A stretch of 64,000 nt of DNA from NCBI GenBank assembly GCA_030650415.1, contig JAUSEG010000025.1:11916-75915 (forward strand), given 5' to 3'. Below are positions 39,821-50,374 of the stretch, one piece after another. This DNA comes from a bacterium. Its GTDB lineage: Bacteria > Patescibacteriota > Patescibacteriia > Patescibacteriales > GWC2-42-12. The translations under genes were made by a program, and so were the position numbers. The notes beneath the pieces are model-generated. The model did not search any database. It saw only the letters and a list, made by a program, of their open reading frames with translations, and had not been told where the DNA came from. How positions within the stretch are numbered: the first letter of the stretch is position 1; each line of letters opens with the position of its first letter.

Positions 39821-42484
39821 ATGTATCTAGAAAAACTGGAAATCCAAGGCTTTAAATCTTTTGCCAATAAAAATACCTTAATTTTCCCGGGTATGCTGGG
39901 CCGCGATCAAAGAGGTATTACTTCAATCGTCGGCCCAAACGGCTCCGGTAAATCCAATATCGCGGACGCGGTGCGCTGGGCTTTGGGCGAGCAAAGTATG
40001 AAGACCTTAAGGGGCAAAAAAAGCGAAGATATTATTTTTTCCGGCTCGGATAAAAAAGGCGGTTCAAGCATGGCCGAAGTTTCGCTTTATTTAAACAACG
40101 AAGACCACCAAGTAAAAATTGATTATTCGCAAGTGGTTTTAACCCGCCGGCTCTATCGCGACGGCGAAAGCGAGTATCTAATAAACCAGGCTCGGGTGCG
40201 CTTAAGCGACGTGCAAATCATGCTGGCCAAATCAAATTTCGGCCAAAAAACCTATAGCGTTATCGGCCAGGGCATGGTCGAGGGTTTTTTAAATACCACC
40301 CTATCCGAAAGGAAAGAATTTTTTGATGAAGCCACCGGCGTTAAGCAATTTCAAATTAAGCGAGACGATTCACTCAATAAGTTAATTCATAGCTATGAGA
40401 ACCTTAATCAGGTTTCGATGCTCTTATCGGAAATCGAACCAAGATTAAAAAGTTTAACCAGGCAGGTAAGCAAGCTTAAAAAACGCGACGAAATAGAAAC
40501 TGAGCTAAAAAATCTGCAAGTAAAATACTATAGCCGGCTTTGGCATGAAATTAATGGAAAATTTAAAGAGTTCAACAAAAAATTTCTGGAGATGGAAAAA
40601 ATTAAACAGGAAAAGGAGAAAAAAAGCGCTCAACTTAATCGAGAGTTAAGCCAGCTTGAGAAACAAAATTTAAATAACAACGAGTTTAACGCTTGGCAGA
40701 AAGAACTAAACGAGCTACAGGGCCAAAAAGAAATTTTTACTAAGCAGCTGGCTAAATTAGAGGCCGAGTTGGAAATAAAATTAGAGGCCAGCGGCAAGTT
40801 TGACCTATCCTGGCTAAGCAACAAAAACAGTGAAATTAAAATTGAACTTAAAAATACCATTGAAGAGGCTCTGGGGCTAGAAAAAAATATTGAGCAGGAA
40901 AAGAAAATTTTAGTTGATTTGGAAAAAGAAAAAAACCAAATAAACTCAAAAATAAATGAGCTTAATAATGAAATGCTTAAAAGTAATGCCGATTCGAGCG
41001 ATCAGGGCTCAAGTAGAATAAATCAAGAGCTGAAAGATCTAAACAATTTTTTAATTGAATCGAAAAATACGGATGATTTAGCTAATATTAAATTAATAAT
41101 GGCAAGGGTTAGCCAAAAAATAAAACATCTCTTAGAGCTTTCTACCGTTGCTATAGAACGAGAAAACCTAAAACAGGCGCAAAAAAATTTAATGGCATTA
41201 ATGCATGAAAAAGAAGTTATCATGGTAAGAATAAATGAGAGCAACTTTCGCGTTTCCGCGCGCACGGAAAGAGTTAAAATTATTAAAGAAAGAAACATTC
41301 GGCTGGAAAAAGAGTCAAAAGACATAGAAAATAAATTAAAACCTGGCCTAAAAACAGTCAACCTGGAAGATAATAAAACCAATCAAGCGAACATAAAAAA
41401 TAGTTTAACTGAACTTGATTTAAAAATAGATAATCTAAAAGAGAAACTAAATTCATTTAATGCCAAAGAAAACGAGCAGAGAACCAAGCTTTTTTCTCTG
41501 CAAAAAAATCTGCAAGACCTGCAAATTAAAATTAATGAATTGAATAACCAGCTTAACGAACTAAAAGTCAATTCTGCCAGATACGAAACCAGGCTGGAAG
41601 ATTTGGAAGTTGAAATCAGAAATAATTACGGTAATTTAAAAGACATCATGGACAAAACAACCGAAGGGGAGCTTAATGTTGAAATGGCTCTAGAAAAAAT
41701 AAATTCACTAAAACGGCAGATCGATCAAATCGGCGGCATCGACCCGGAAATAGAAAAAGAATATGTCCAGACCAAAGAACGCTTCGATTATTTAGACTCC
41801 CAAACTAACGATCTAAATAGCGCCATCTCTTCACTCGAAGAAATTATTAAAGAGCTGGACGCTATTATAAAAGTACGGTTTGATAAAGAATTTAAAAATA
41901 TTTCCGCTAAATTCGAAGAATATTTTAAAATATTATTTAACGGCGGCCAAGCTAAAATAGTTAAAGTAACCGCCGAAGACTTGCTTGATAATAAAGAAGA
42001 CAACGGCAAAAATGAAGAAAAAAAGAAAGTCGTTGAGCCAACTGCCGAAAATCAAACGATTGAAGATAAATGCGCGAATAATTTAAAAAGAATTAAGCAT
42101 CTGCAAAAATATAACGCCACCGGCTTAGCCGGCATTGAAATATTGGCCACGCCTCCAGGCAAAAAAATTAAATCCATCGCCATGCTCTCTGGCGGCGAGA
42201 GAGCTTTAACCGCCATCGGCTTAATTTGCGCGATTATTAGCTGCAATCCATCGCCATTCGTGGTTTTAGACGAAGTGGACGCTTCTTTAGATGAAGCCAA
42301 TTCTGAACGTCTGGCAAAAATTTTAGATGATCTATCCCACAAAACTCAATTCATCGTGGTTACCCATAATCGCGCTTCGATGCGCCGCGCCAACATAATC
42401 TACGGTGTTACCATGGAAGAAAGCGGGGTCTCGAAATTATTAAGTATAAAGCTGGACGAAGCCAAGGCGGTGGTAAAAAATTGA
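39821..42484 (+). CDS. smc: SMC family ATPase, short (887 aa), no recognisable hinge
   Basis: GFKSFA, GPNGSGKSN, IGQG Q-loop, LSGGE, LDEVDASLD, VTHN. Confidence 0.88.
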   Translation: MYLEKLEIQGFKSFANKNTLIFPGMLGRDQRGITSIVGPNGSGKSNIADAVRWALGEQSMKTLRGKKSEDIIFSGSDKKGGSSMAEVSLYLNNEDHQVKIDYSQVVLTRRLYRDGESEYLINQARVRLSDVQIMLAKSNFGQKTYSVIGQGMVEGFLNTTLSERKEFFDEATGVKQFQIKRDDSLNKLIHSYENLNQVSMLLSEIEPRLKSLTRQVSKLKKRDEIETELKNLQVKYYSRLWHEINGKFKEFNKKFLEMEKIKQEKEKKSAQLNRELSQLEKQNLNNNEFNAWQKELNELQGQKEIFTKQLAKLEAELEIKLEASGKFDLSWLSNKNSEIKIELKNTIEEALGLEKNIEQEKKILVDLEKEKNQINSKINELNNEMLKSNADSSDQGSSRINQELKDLNNFLIESKNTDDLANIKLIMARVSQKIKHLLELSTVAIERENLKQAQKNLMALMHEKEVIMVRINESNFRVSARTERVKIIKERNIRLEKESKDIENKLKPGLKTVNLEDNKTNQANIKNSLTELDLKIDNLKEKLNSFNAKENEQRTKLFSLQKNLQDLQIKINELNNQLNELKVNSARYETRLEDLEVEIRNNYGNLKDIMDKTTEGELNVEMALEKINSLKRQIDQIGGIDPEIEKEYVQTKERFDYLDSQTNDLNSAISSLEEIIKELDAIIKVRFDKEFKNISAKFEEYFKILFNGGQAKIVKVTAEDLLDNKEDNGKNEEKKKVVEPTAENQTIEDKCANNLKRIKHLQKYNATGLAGIEILATPPGKKIKSIAMLSGGERALTAIGLICAIISCNPSPFVVLDEVDASLDEANSERLAKILDDLSHKTQFIVVTHNRASMRRANIIYGVTMEESGVSKLLSIKLDEAKAVVKN

Positions 42485-42596
42485 TTTGTGCTCGCCATTC
42501 CCACGTAAACGTAAATTCAAATTCCATTACTAAATAAATATTCTTAATATAAAAGAACGCACACAGTTTAAAAGCTATGTGCGTTTGTTGTTTGTT

Positions 42597-43343
42597 TTAG
42601 AAACGGTAAGTTAATCCGCTCATTACCATCGCGCCGGTTGCCCGACGCGTAAGAGGTACATAATAGTTAACTGAAACCGCATTAAACGTAAAGTGTTTGT
42701 TGATGTTCCAATTTATTCCGGCATTACCTCGGAGCATAAAACCAGCGAGCGTTCCCAACGTACCGGTATCATAAACTCCGGCGAATGACGCGTTAAGAGA
42801 CACTTTATCTCCGTAAAAAGATTGAGTTCTGCTAACTCCGAGACTAACGAGATGACCGCCTTGAAACCCGCTGCCGGGCATAGTGGTATAACTCTGATAC
42901 CCCGCCGTAACCGAGAGCCACTTAAACTCTTTGCCCAGTCGTAACTCCGTGTAGAAAATGTCACCGGCACCAAGGGTAAACGCCTTTGGCTCGTTGTAGT
43001 ACGCGAATCCGATATGCGCCGTCAGACCTTTTACGGTGCCATCCCAGCCCAAGCCATAATCAACCTCATTCCCGAGACTCCCGTCGTCCCATTTGCCTTG
43101 AAGACTTCGGGAATTCCATAGATCAAGGTACAGGCCATTCTTAAAAGTTACCAATAGGTCGGTTTGTATGACCGGCCGATTGTGGAGTGTGTCGCCGGTG
43201 CCAGGCTGAAGATACTTATTGGCCACGAGTGAACTTAAAGTGATGCTAGGCCACTTGTTAGTTTTATCCTCCGCATGGACTCGGATAACCACAACCAGAA
43301 AAAAGACTGCGATGACGACCGATGTTTTTAGTGTTCGTTTCAT
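42597..43343 (-). CDS. Secreted protein with outer-membrane beta-barrel features (TorF/Gcw_chp-like)
   Basis: Signal peptide (VHA|E), EVDYGLG motif, alternating aromatic/Gly strands, C-terminal TYRF; promoter TTGACA(43444-43439)-17-TATAAT; terminator 42551-42586. Confidence 0.65.
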   Translation of the reverse strand: MKRTLKTSVVIAVFFLVVVIRVHAEDKTNKWPSITLSSLVANKYLQPGTGDTLHNRPVIQTDLLVTFKNGLYLDLWNSRSLQGKWDDGSLGNEVDYGLGWDGTVKGLTAHIGFAYYNEPKAFTLGAGDIFYTELRLGKEFKWLSVTAGYQSYTTMPGSGFQGGHLVSLGVSRTQSFYGDKVSLNASFAGVYDTGTLGTLAGFMLRGNAGINWNINKHFTFNAVSVNYYVPLTRRATGAMVMSGLTYRF

Positions 43344-43592
43344 AATTTGTAATGTGCGTTTAGCTTCCCTTTATGAGAAACCAGCTAAAATGATGGTTAT
43401 TCATTTTAACCCCTTATTATAGTACTAATTTACAATATTGTCAATAATAATATCTAATTATTAGACTAATTTTATTTTAACATAAGCAAAAATTAATTTT
43501 TGTTGTCAGAATTATTGACAATATACTTTAAAAATAATATAATAAAAATAACTTTCACTCCCTACTGTCTTTGCTAAAAAATCACAAAAAAT

Positions 43593-44315
43593 ATGGAACT
43601 GAAAAAAGTATTAGAAAATTTCGGACTAACCGAAAAACAGGCTAAGGTTTATTTGGCTCTACTTCAACTCGGCATGTCTAGTGTCACAAATATAGCGGAA
43701 AAGGCTGACACTAAACGACCCACTACTTATTTAATTTTGGAAGAGTTAAAAACCATGGGACTAGCATCAAAACTGTCACGTAAAGATAATCTCGTCTATA
43801 TCCCTGAATCGCCGGAAAAAATTTTGGAAGAGCAAACTCAAAAACAGGCCATGATAAAAAATAAACTGACAGAGCTGTTAGCTTTATACAACACTAAACT
43901 GGAAAAACCCAAGGTTAAATTTTTTCAAGGCGAAAAAGCGGTGAGAGAATTATACGATGTGATTTTAAAAGAGAAAAAAATTGATTTGTACGGTTCAATC
44001 AGTTCCATCGAAAAAAAATTACCCGGTCTAGCCGTGGCCTTCGCCGATTTAATCAAAAAAAAGGAAATTACGGCGCGAGAAATTTTACAAACCGATGAAA
44101 AATCAATCGCTTACGCCAAACGCAACTTGTCGCCTAATCATCAAATAAAAATTATCAATAAACAGAATCTTTTTCCTACTGATAATATTATCTATGGCAA
44201 CAAAATCGCAATTTTTTCCTATAAAGCCGAACCTTCGGCCGTGGTGATTGAAGACGATGACGTTGCCACCACCTATAAATCAATGTTTGAGATTGTTTGG
44301 AACAGCATAAAATAA
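43593..44315 (+). CDS. TrmB family transcriptional regulator
   Basis: GLTEKQAKVYLALLQLG...RPTTYLILEELKTMGL; IYGNKIAIFS. Confidence 0.88.
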   Translation: MELKKVLENFGLTEKQAKVYLALLQLGMSSVTNIAEKADTKRPTTYLILEELKTMGLASKLSRKDNLVYIPESPEKILEEQTQKQAMIKNKLTELLALYNTKLEKPKVKFFQGEKAVRELYDVILKEKKIDLYGSISSIEKKLPGLAVAFADLIKKKEITAREILQTDEKSIAYAKRNLSPNHQIKIINKQNLFPTDNIIYGNKIAIFSYKAEPSAVVIEDDDVATTYKSMFEIVWNSIK

Positions 44316-44391
44316 TTCAATAATTTTTTAATCCCCGCATGCCTGGGGACAATAAAAAGAGAGGGGTCGCTCGCGAGCGACATTATAATTT

Positions 44392-45909
44392 ATGTCTTCA
44401 AAAATTCTCTCCGCCGCCGTGGTCGGCTTGGACGCCGAGCTGGTTGAAGTTGAAGCGGATATTTTAAACGCTCCTTTAGGCGCTTTTATTATCGTCGGCC
44501 TACCGGATACGGCCGTTTCGGAGTCGCGCGAACGAGTCAGAAGCGCCATAAAAAATTCCGACTTTAATTTTCCTAAAAGGAAAGTCACGGTAAATTTAGC
44601 GCCGGCCGATTTAAGAAAGCAGGGGCCGAGCTACGACCTGCCGATCGCCATCAGTATTCTAGCTACCACCAAAAAAATCAATCGCGCCGATTTTAATAAT
44701 CTATTATTCGTCGGCGAATTGGCTTTAAACGGGGAGCTTCGGCCGGTTAACGGACTCTTGTCGATCGCCATTAAAGCTAAAAATAGCGGCATAACGACAA
44801 TCTTTGTGCCGGCCGCTAACGCGGCCGAAGCCAAATTAGTCAAAGATATTGAGGTTATCCCCGTAAATGATTTGCGAGAGTTGGTTAATCATCTAGAGGG
44901 TAAAAAAATAATCCCGGGCGCGCCCGAGGTTAATTTTAATTTTTCCAATATTAAAATCGATTTTGACATGGCGCATATTAAAGGCCAGGAGCATGTTAAG
45001 CGCGCTATGGAGATTTCCGCCGCCGGCGCGCATAATATGCTGATGAGCGGCCCGCCCGGATCGGGAAAAACTTTGATCGCGCGCACCCTGCCATCAATTT
45101 TACCTAATTTATCTTTAAAAGAAGCTTTAGAAATAACTAAAATTTACAGCGTAGCCGGAGAACTGCCTGATCAAACCCCGCTAATGACTTCTCGGCCCTT
45201 TAGATCGCCCCATCACACCGCTTCCGGGGCGGCCTTAGTCGGCGGCGGAGCTTGGCCGCGGCCCGGAGAAATTTCTTTAGCTCATCGCGGCGTGCTATTT
45301 TTGGACGAATTCGCGGAATTCACCCGCACGGTACTCGAAAATTTAAGACAACCCTTAGAAGACGGAGTAATCCATGTCAGCCGCGCCGCCTCAAACTTAA
45401 GTTTTCCGGCTAAATTCGTTCTTATCGCGGCTACCAACCCCTGCCCCTGCGGTTATTTCGGCGATCGGGAAAAACCTTGCGTTTGCTCAAGCTCGCAAAT
45501 CATTAATTATAAAAAGAGAATTTCCGGACCGATTTTAGACCGAATTGATTTGCATATCGAAGTACCGAGATTAAAATTTGATAAATTAACGTCGGCTATC
45601 GGCGGCGAAAGTTCGGCAAATATAAAAATCCGGGTGCAAAACGCCAGAGTCAAGCAAACCAAACGTTTTGAAAATACCAATTTTATAACTAATTCGGAAA
45701 TGTCGTCCGAAGCGGTTAAACGTTTCTGCCAGGTCGATAATCTTTCGACCAATTTACTCCATCGCGCCGTTGACCAAATGCATTTGTCGGCTCGAGCTTA
45801 CTTTCGCGTGCTTAAACTCGCTCGCACTATAGCCGATCTGGCGGATGAAGAAAAAATTCTTACCGCGCACATAGCCGAAGCCCTGCAATACCGGCCAAGA
45901 ACCGAATAG
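44392..45909 (+). CDS. comM: YifB/ComM Mg-chelatase-like AAA+ ATPase
   Basis: VGLPDTAVSESRERV, GPPGSGKT, PFRSPHH, LFLDE, NPCPCG. Confidence 0.93.
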   Translation: MSSKILSAAVVGLDAELVEVEADILNAPLGAFIIVGLPDTAVSESRERVRSAIKNSDFNFPKRKVTVNLAPADLRKQGPSYDLPIAISILATTKKINRADFNNLLFVGELALNGELRPVNGLLSIAIKAKNSGITTIFVPAANAAEAKLVKDIEVIPVNDLRELVNHLEGKKIIPGAPEVNFNFSNIKIDFDMAHIKGQEHVKRAMEISAAGAHNMLMSGPPGSGKTLIARTLPSILPNLSLKEALEITKIYSVAGELPDQTPLMTSRPFRSPHHTASGAALVGGGAWPRPGEISLAHRGVLFLDEFAEFTRTVLENLRQPLEDGVIHVSRAASNLSFPAKFVLIAATNPCPCGYFGDREKPCVCSSSQIINYKKRISGPILDRIDLHIEVPRLKFDKLTSAIGGESSANIKIRVQNARVKQTKRFENTNFITNSEMSSEAVKRFCQVDNLSTNLLHRAVDQMHLSARAYFRVLKLARTIADLADEEKILTAHIAEALQYRPRTE

Positions 45910-45962
45910 TTGACAACTATTTTTTAAAACTATTGTTTGTGTTATAATATTATTAGCTAAAT

Positions 45963-46158
45963 TGTCATTGCGAGGAGCGCCTTTAGCCCCGGGCTTGACA
46001 CGGGGGACGAAGCAATCTTTTACCTGTCATTCCCGAAGCCGCAGGCTGTCGGGAATCCAGGAGGAAGCAATAAGAATGCGTTTCTAGATTCCCGCCTGCG
46101 CGGGAATGACAAAAAGAGTGAGATTGCTTCGCTTCACTTCGTTCCGCTCGCAATGACA
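45963..46158. repeat. TGTC-ended element with a second TGTC-ended element nested inside (46025-46111)
   Basis: tgtcattgcgag...[tgtcattcccg...gggaatccag...ctagattcccgcctgcgcgggaatgaca]...ctcgcaatgaca. Confidence 0.9.
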
Positions 46159-46170
46159 GTTATGTAATTT

Positions 46171-47583
46171 ATGAAAAAAAAACTAGTTATATTATTGCTT
46201 ATTTTTAGTTTTCTCCTCACCTCCGGCTTCGGCTGTAAATTAGTCGACCAAAAAACTCAAGCTGCCATGAAGCCGATAACCTTGAACTATTGGCGGGTTT
46301 GGGATGGACCGGATGCTTTTGACGAAATTTTTACCGCTTATAAGCAGCTTCACCCTTTTATTACTATAAATTATCGAAAACTCCGCTACGACGAATATGA
46401 AAGTGAACTTTTAAACGCCTTAGCCGAAGACCGCGGACCGGATATTTTTTCTATTCATAACACCTGGATAACAAAGTATAAAAGCAAAATCTCGCCCATG
46501 CCGCCGACTACCACTCTAGCCTACCCAATCGTTAAAGGCACGGTTAAAAAAGAAGTTATACCCGAGCTAAGAACCACTAAGAGCTTAAGCTTAAAGGAAA
46601 TAAAAAATGATTTTGTTGACATAATCTATCGCGATACTGTCCGTTCAACTCTCAATGAAAAATCCGGGGCATATGAAGAAAAAGTTTACGGTTTACCGCT
46701 ATTCGTTGACACCCTAGCCATGTATTACAATAAAGACTTATTTAACAACGCCGGCTTAATCGAACCGCCGGCTTATTGGAATAACGAGTTCCAGCAAGCT
46801 GTCAAAAAAACCACCAAGCAAGACACGGGGGGAAATATTATTCAGTCGGGCGCAAGTTTAGGCGGTTCAGATAATATTGAGCGCTATAGCGACATTCTGT
46901 CGGTTTTAATGATGCAGAACGGCGCGGTTATGGCTGATGACAGCGGTAATATTTTGTTAAACCAAATCCCGGCAAATTTTAAAAATCAAAACTATAACCC
47001 CGGGCTCGAAGCGCTGCGCTTTTACGCTGATTTTTCCAATCCGGCCAAAGAGGTTTACTCTTGGAACAAAAATCTTGATGATTCTCTGACTATGTTTGCC
47101 CAAGGGAAATTAGCGATTATGTTCGGTTATTCCTACCATCTCGCTACCATCCAAGCGCAAGCGCCAAAATTAAATTTTGCCATAACCAAATTACCGCAGA
47201 TTGAGGGCAATACGCCGGTTAATTTTGCCAACTATTGGGTTGAAACTGTTTCCAGCAAGAGTAAAAATTTAAACGAGGCCTGGGATTTTATTCAATTCGC
47301 GACTAAGGCCGAACAAGCTAAAACCTATCTGGCTAAAACTAAGAGGCCGACTGCCTTACGCGCTTTAATAAACGATCAGCTTGATGATAGCGAGGTTGAT
47401 GTTTTTGCCGAGCAAATTCTAACCGCTAAGAGCTGGTATAAGGGCTATGATTCGGCGGCCGCGGAAAAGTTTTTTGCGGAAATGATCGACGGGACGGTTT
47501 CAGGGCAAGATAAAATAGAAAATCTCATAAATTTAACGGTTAGCAAAATTCAGCAAACGGTTAACGCTCCGCCGAATAATTAA
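46171..47583 (+). CDS. Extracellular solute-binding lipoprotein (sugar SBP family 1)
   Basis: GFGC lipobox, GPDIF, YGLP, MYYNKDLF, EAWDFIQF. Confidence 0.88.
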   Translation: MKKKLVILLLIFSFLLTSGFGCKLVDQKTQAAMKPITLNYWRVWDGPDAFDEIFTAYKQLHPFITINYRKLRYDEYESELLNALAEDRGPDIFSIHNTWITKYKSKISPMPPTTTLAYPIVKGTVKKEVIPELRTTKSLSLKEIKNDFVDIIYRDTVRSTLNEKSGAYEEKVYGLPLFVDTLAMYYNKDLFNNAGLIEPPAYWNNEFQQAVKKTTKQDTGGNIIQSGASLGGSDNIERYSDILSVLMMQNGAVMADDSGNILLNQIPANFKNQNYNPGLEALRFYADFSNPAKEVYSWNKNLDDSLTMFAQGKLAIMFGYSYHLATIQAQAPKLNFAITKLPQIEGNTPVNFANYWVETVSSKSKNLNEAWDFIQFATKAEQAKTYLAKTKRPTALRALINDQLDDSEVDVFAEQILTAKSWYKGYDSAAAEKFFAEMIDGTVSGQDKIENLINLTVSKIQQTVNAPPNN

Positions 47584-47590
47584 TTTCACC

Positions 47591-47800
47591 TGTCATTGCG
47601 AGGAGGCCGTACTCGGCCGACGCGGCAATCTATTTGCTTGTCATTCCCGCGCAAGCGGGAATCCAGGAGAAAACAGTAAAAACGCATTATCTTCTTTAAA
47701 CCCTTTGTGAAATAAATGTTTTAAACAAGCGGGCGAGTAGTAAAAATATCTCTACTACTCCCTCCTGGATTCCCGATAGCCTTTGGCTTCGGGAATGACA
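47591..47800. repeat. Composite TGTC-ended palindromic elements
   Basis: Half element 47591-47630, then tgtcattcccg...gggaatccaggag...ctcctggattcccg...gggaatgaca. Confidence 0.88.
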
Positions 47801-47810
47801 GAAAAAAAAT

Positions 47811-48305
47811 ATGCCCAAACTAATAAAATTATCATTTACCATTTTATCTATTCTTTTAGCGTTTTTTGTTATTGATCCAGCGCTGGCTGGTTCTCCTCTT
47901 GATGGCTATACTTTTGAAAATTTTGATGGAGAAAACCCACAATCAGATGGTCTTCTACCAACCGCGCACGGTCCAAAATGCCCTGACGGCTCGCCAAATT
48001 GCGGCAACTATACTTTAAATGATATGGTGGGTTTGGTTTTAAAAATATCCGAATTTATCTTAGGTCTGGTCGGTTCGCTGGCTCTATTGGCCTTTGTGTA
48101 TGGCGGTATTATGTGGATAATTTCAGCCGGCAACGCCGAGAGAGTAGATATAGGAAAGAAAGCCATCATCGGCGCGGTGGTCGGCTTAGCTATAGTCTTT
48201 ACGAGTTTTATGATTATCCAATTGGTCTATAGCGCTTTAGGAATTCCACGCGCCGATAAAGGAGAATGGTCTGTTTCCAGTTGGACCTCTGGTTGGTCTA
48301 AATAA
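47811..48305 (+). CDS. CPR-type pilin (TrbC/VirB2-like)
   Basis: GSLALLAFVYGGIMWIISAGNAERVDIGKKAIIGAVVGLAIV. Confidence 0.8.
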   Translation: MPKLIKLSFTILSILLAFFVIDPALAGSPLDGYTFENFDGENPQSDGLLPTAHGPKCPDGSPNCGNYTLNDMVGLVLKISEFILGLVGSLALLAFVYGGIMWIISAGNAERVDIGKKAIIGAVVGLAIVFTSFMIIQLVYSALGIPRADKGEWSVSSWTSGWSK

Positions 48306-48347
48306 ACAGCAAAATTTTATAAATATTAATCTAAGCTAAATATTGTA

Positions 48348-48521
48348 TGTCATTGCGAGGAGCGTAAGCGACGAAGCAATCTCTGGTTAGAAACACTTAA
48401 CCAATCTAAAATTAAATCTCTTAAATCAAAATTAAACTTGTTAATCAATGCTTTTTCTTTATTTTTTATTATTCTTTCTTGCCAGAGATTGCTTCGCTTC
48501 TTGCGGAAGCTCGCAATGACA
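48348..48521. repeat. TGTC-ended palindromic element with AT-rich spacer
   Basis: tgtcattgcgaggagcg...gaagcaatctctgg...ccagagattgcttcg...ctcgcaatgaca. Confidence 0.9.
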
Positions 48522-48528
48522 ATATTAA

Positions 48529-49206
48529 ATGAACCTATTCAAATCAAATAAAATCGAAACCGACTGCGAGCCGGTAGCTAAGCAGCTTCGATCCAGAAGG
48601 CGGGCTAAAAATCTAAAAATCAAAGAGGTCGCGAAAAAATTAAACATCAATGAAAAATATCTAATTGCTCTGGAAGAAGGAAAATATAATCAACTGCCTC
48701 GCGGCGTCTACGAAAAAAACTTCTTGCGCGAATACGCGCTTTTTTTAGGGTTGAGTTGTGATCAAATTGCCAAGGACTACGAAACCGAAACGAGTATCTC
48801 CGAACCAAAAAAACCGAAAGAACTATTTTCCAAACAAGTAATAAAGGGACGGCATCTTTTAATCATGCCGAAGATTCTTAAAAATATTATAATTTTTTTT
48901 ATTATCGCCGCTTGTTTTATTTATCTGGTCTATCGAGTTAATAAAATAATCTCGCCGCCGCTTTTAATTATCGATCAGCCAAGCATAAATTTAATTACCC
49001 AGGAAACTTCTCTGGTAGTTTCCGGTCAGACCGAAGCCGAAGCCAATCTAACGATAAACGGCGAAAACGTTTTGAGCGATAAAGACGGCAATTTTTCCAA
49101 GTCTATTAACTTAAAAAACGGCATTAACAAAATAATCATAACTGCCAGTAAAAAATACGGCCGAAATAACACTATTTATAGAGAAATTTTGGTAAAAAGC
49201 AATTAG
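48529..49206 (+). CDS. RodZ-like HTH membrane protein with C-terminal Ig-like domain
   Basis: YLIALEEGKYNQLPRGVYEKNFLREYALFLGL, one TM helix, GINKIIITA. Confidence 0.8.
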   Translation: MNLFKSNKIETDCEPVAKQLRSRRRAKNLKIKEVAKKLNINEKYLIALEEGKYNQLPRGVYEKNFLREYALFLGLSCDQIAKDYETETSISEPKKPKELFSKQVIKGRHLLIMPKILKNIIIFFIIAACFIYLVYRVNKIISPPLLIIDQPSINLITQETSLVVSGQTEAEANLTINGENVLSDKDGNFSKSINLKNGINKIIITASKKYGRNNTIYREILVKSN

Positions 49207-49299
49207 CCGACCGTTATTGCCAATAAACATAAAAAGGTTTATTATTAATTAAGGGAGGTTAAATATGGCCTTCTTTTAATTTACTAACTTTTCCTAAAT

Positions 49300-50340
49300 A
49301 TGGATAATAAAGCTAAAACCGATAAAGAAAACGATGTAGCCGAAGAAAAAACTCAAGCCGTCATGTCCGCGGTAGAGCAAATAAAAAGCAAATTCGGCGA
49401 CGGTGCGATTATGAAATTCGGCGATACCATAAAATCAGATGTTGACGCCGTGCCGACCGGCTGTTTGTCGCTTGATATGGCGCTCGGCATCAACGGCGTG
49501 CCGCGCGGCCGGATTATTGAAATTTTTGGACCCGAAGCTTCGGGTAAGACTACTTTAGCCCAACACATCATCTCGGAAGTGCAAAAACTCGGCGGCGTGG
49601 CGGCTTTTATCGACGCCGAGCACGCGCTTGATCCGGAATACGCTTCTAAAATCGGTATTAACATCAAAGAACTCTTAATCAGCCAGCCGGACACGGGTGA
49701 ACAGGCCTTGGAAATTTTGGAAACTTTAGTCCGTTCCAACGCGGTTGATGTGGTAGTGGTTGATTCCGTCGCCGCTTTAGTCCCGCAAAAAGAAATTGAG
49801 GGCGATATGGGCGACTCGCATATGGGGCTCCAGGCCAGATTAATGAGCCAGGCTTTAAGAAAATTAGCCGGCATAATTTCCAAAACCAAGACCGTAGTGA
49901 TTTTTATTAACCAAATCCGCATGAAAATCGGCGTCTTTTTCGGCAATCCGGAAACTACCACCGGCGGTATGGCTTTAAAATTTTATTCTTCGGTCAGAAT
50001 TGAAGTCAGGCGAGCGGCGCAGATTAAGCAAGGCGACAAAATTATCGGCAACCGGGTAAAATGCAAAATCGTAAAAAATAAAGTAGCCGCGCCTTTCCGC
50101 GCCTGCGAATTTGATATTATGTATAACGAGGGCATTTCCATCTCCGGTGATTTACTCGATACCGGCGTGGTTTTTAACATAGTAAATAAATCAGGCAACT
50201 CGTACAGCTACGGCGAGATAAAATTGGGCGTCGGCCGAGAAAACGCCAAGAGCTTTTTACGAGCCGACAAAAAACTGATGAAAGAAATCAGAAAACGCGT
50301 CCTAAGCGAAGCCAGCGCTAAGGAAGTGGAAGAAAAATAA
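49300..50340 (+). CDS. recA: Recombinase RecA
   Basis: [39 protein letters not shown]. Confidence 0.98.
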   Translation: MDNKAKTDKENDVAEEKTQAVMSAVEQIKSKFGDGAIMKFGDTIKSDVDAVPTGCLSLDMALGINGVPRGRIIEIFGPEASGKTTLAQHIISEVQKLGGVAAFIDAEHALDPEYASKIGINIKELLISQPDTGEQALEILETLVRSNAVDVVVVDSVAALVPQKEIEGDMGDSHMGLQARLMSQALRKLAGIISKTKTVVIFINQIRMKIGVFFGNPETTTGGMALKFYSSVRIEVRRAAQIKQGDKIIGNRVKCKIVKNKVAAPFRACEFDIMYNEGISISGDLLDTGVVFNIVNKSGNSYSYGEIKLGVGRENAKSFLRADKKLMKEIRKRVLSEASAKEVEEK

Positions 50341-50374
50341 AAATTCTAAAAATCATTACCTACTAATAAAAATT

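Noticed and set aside
49353..49961. 202-aa antisense ORF, and similar antisense ORFs over nusA, smc, ychF and purH
   Set aside because: Shadow frames of well-conserved genes, with no independent signals.
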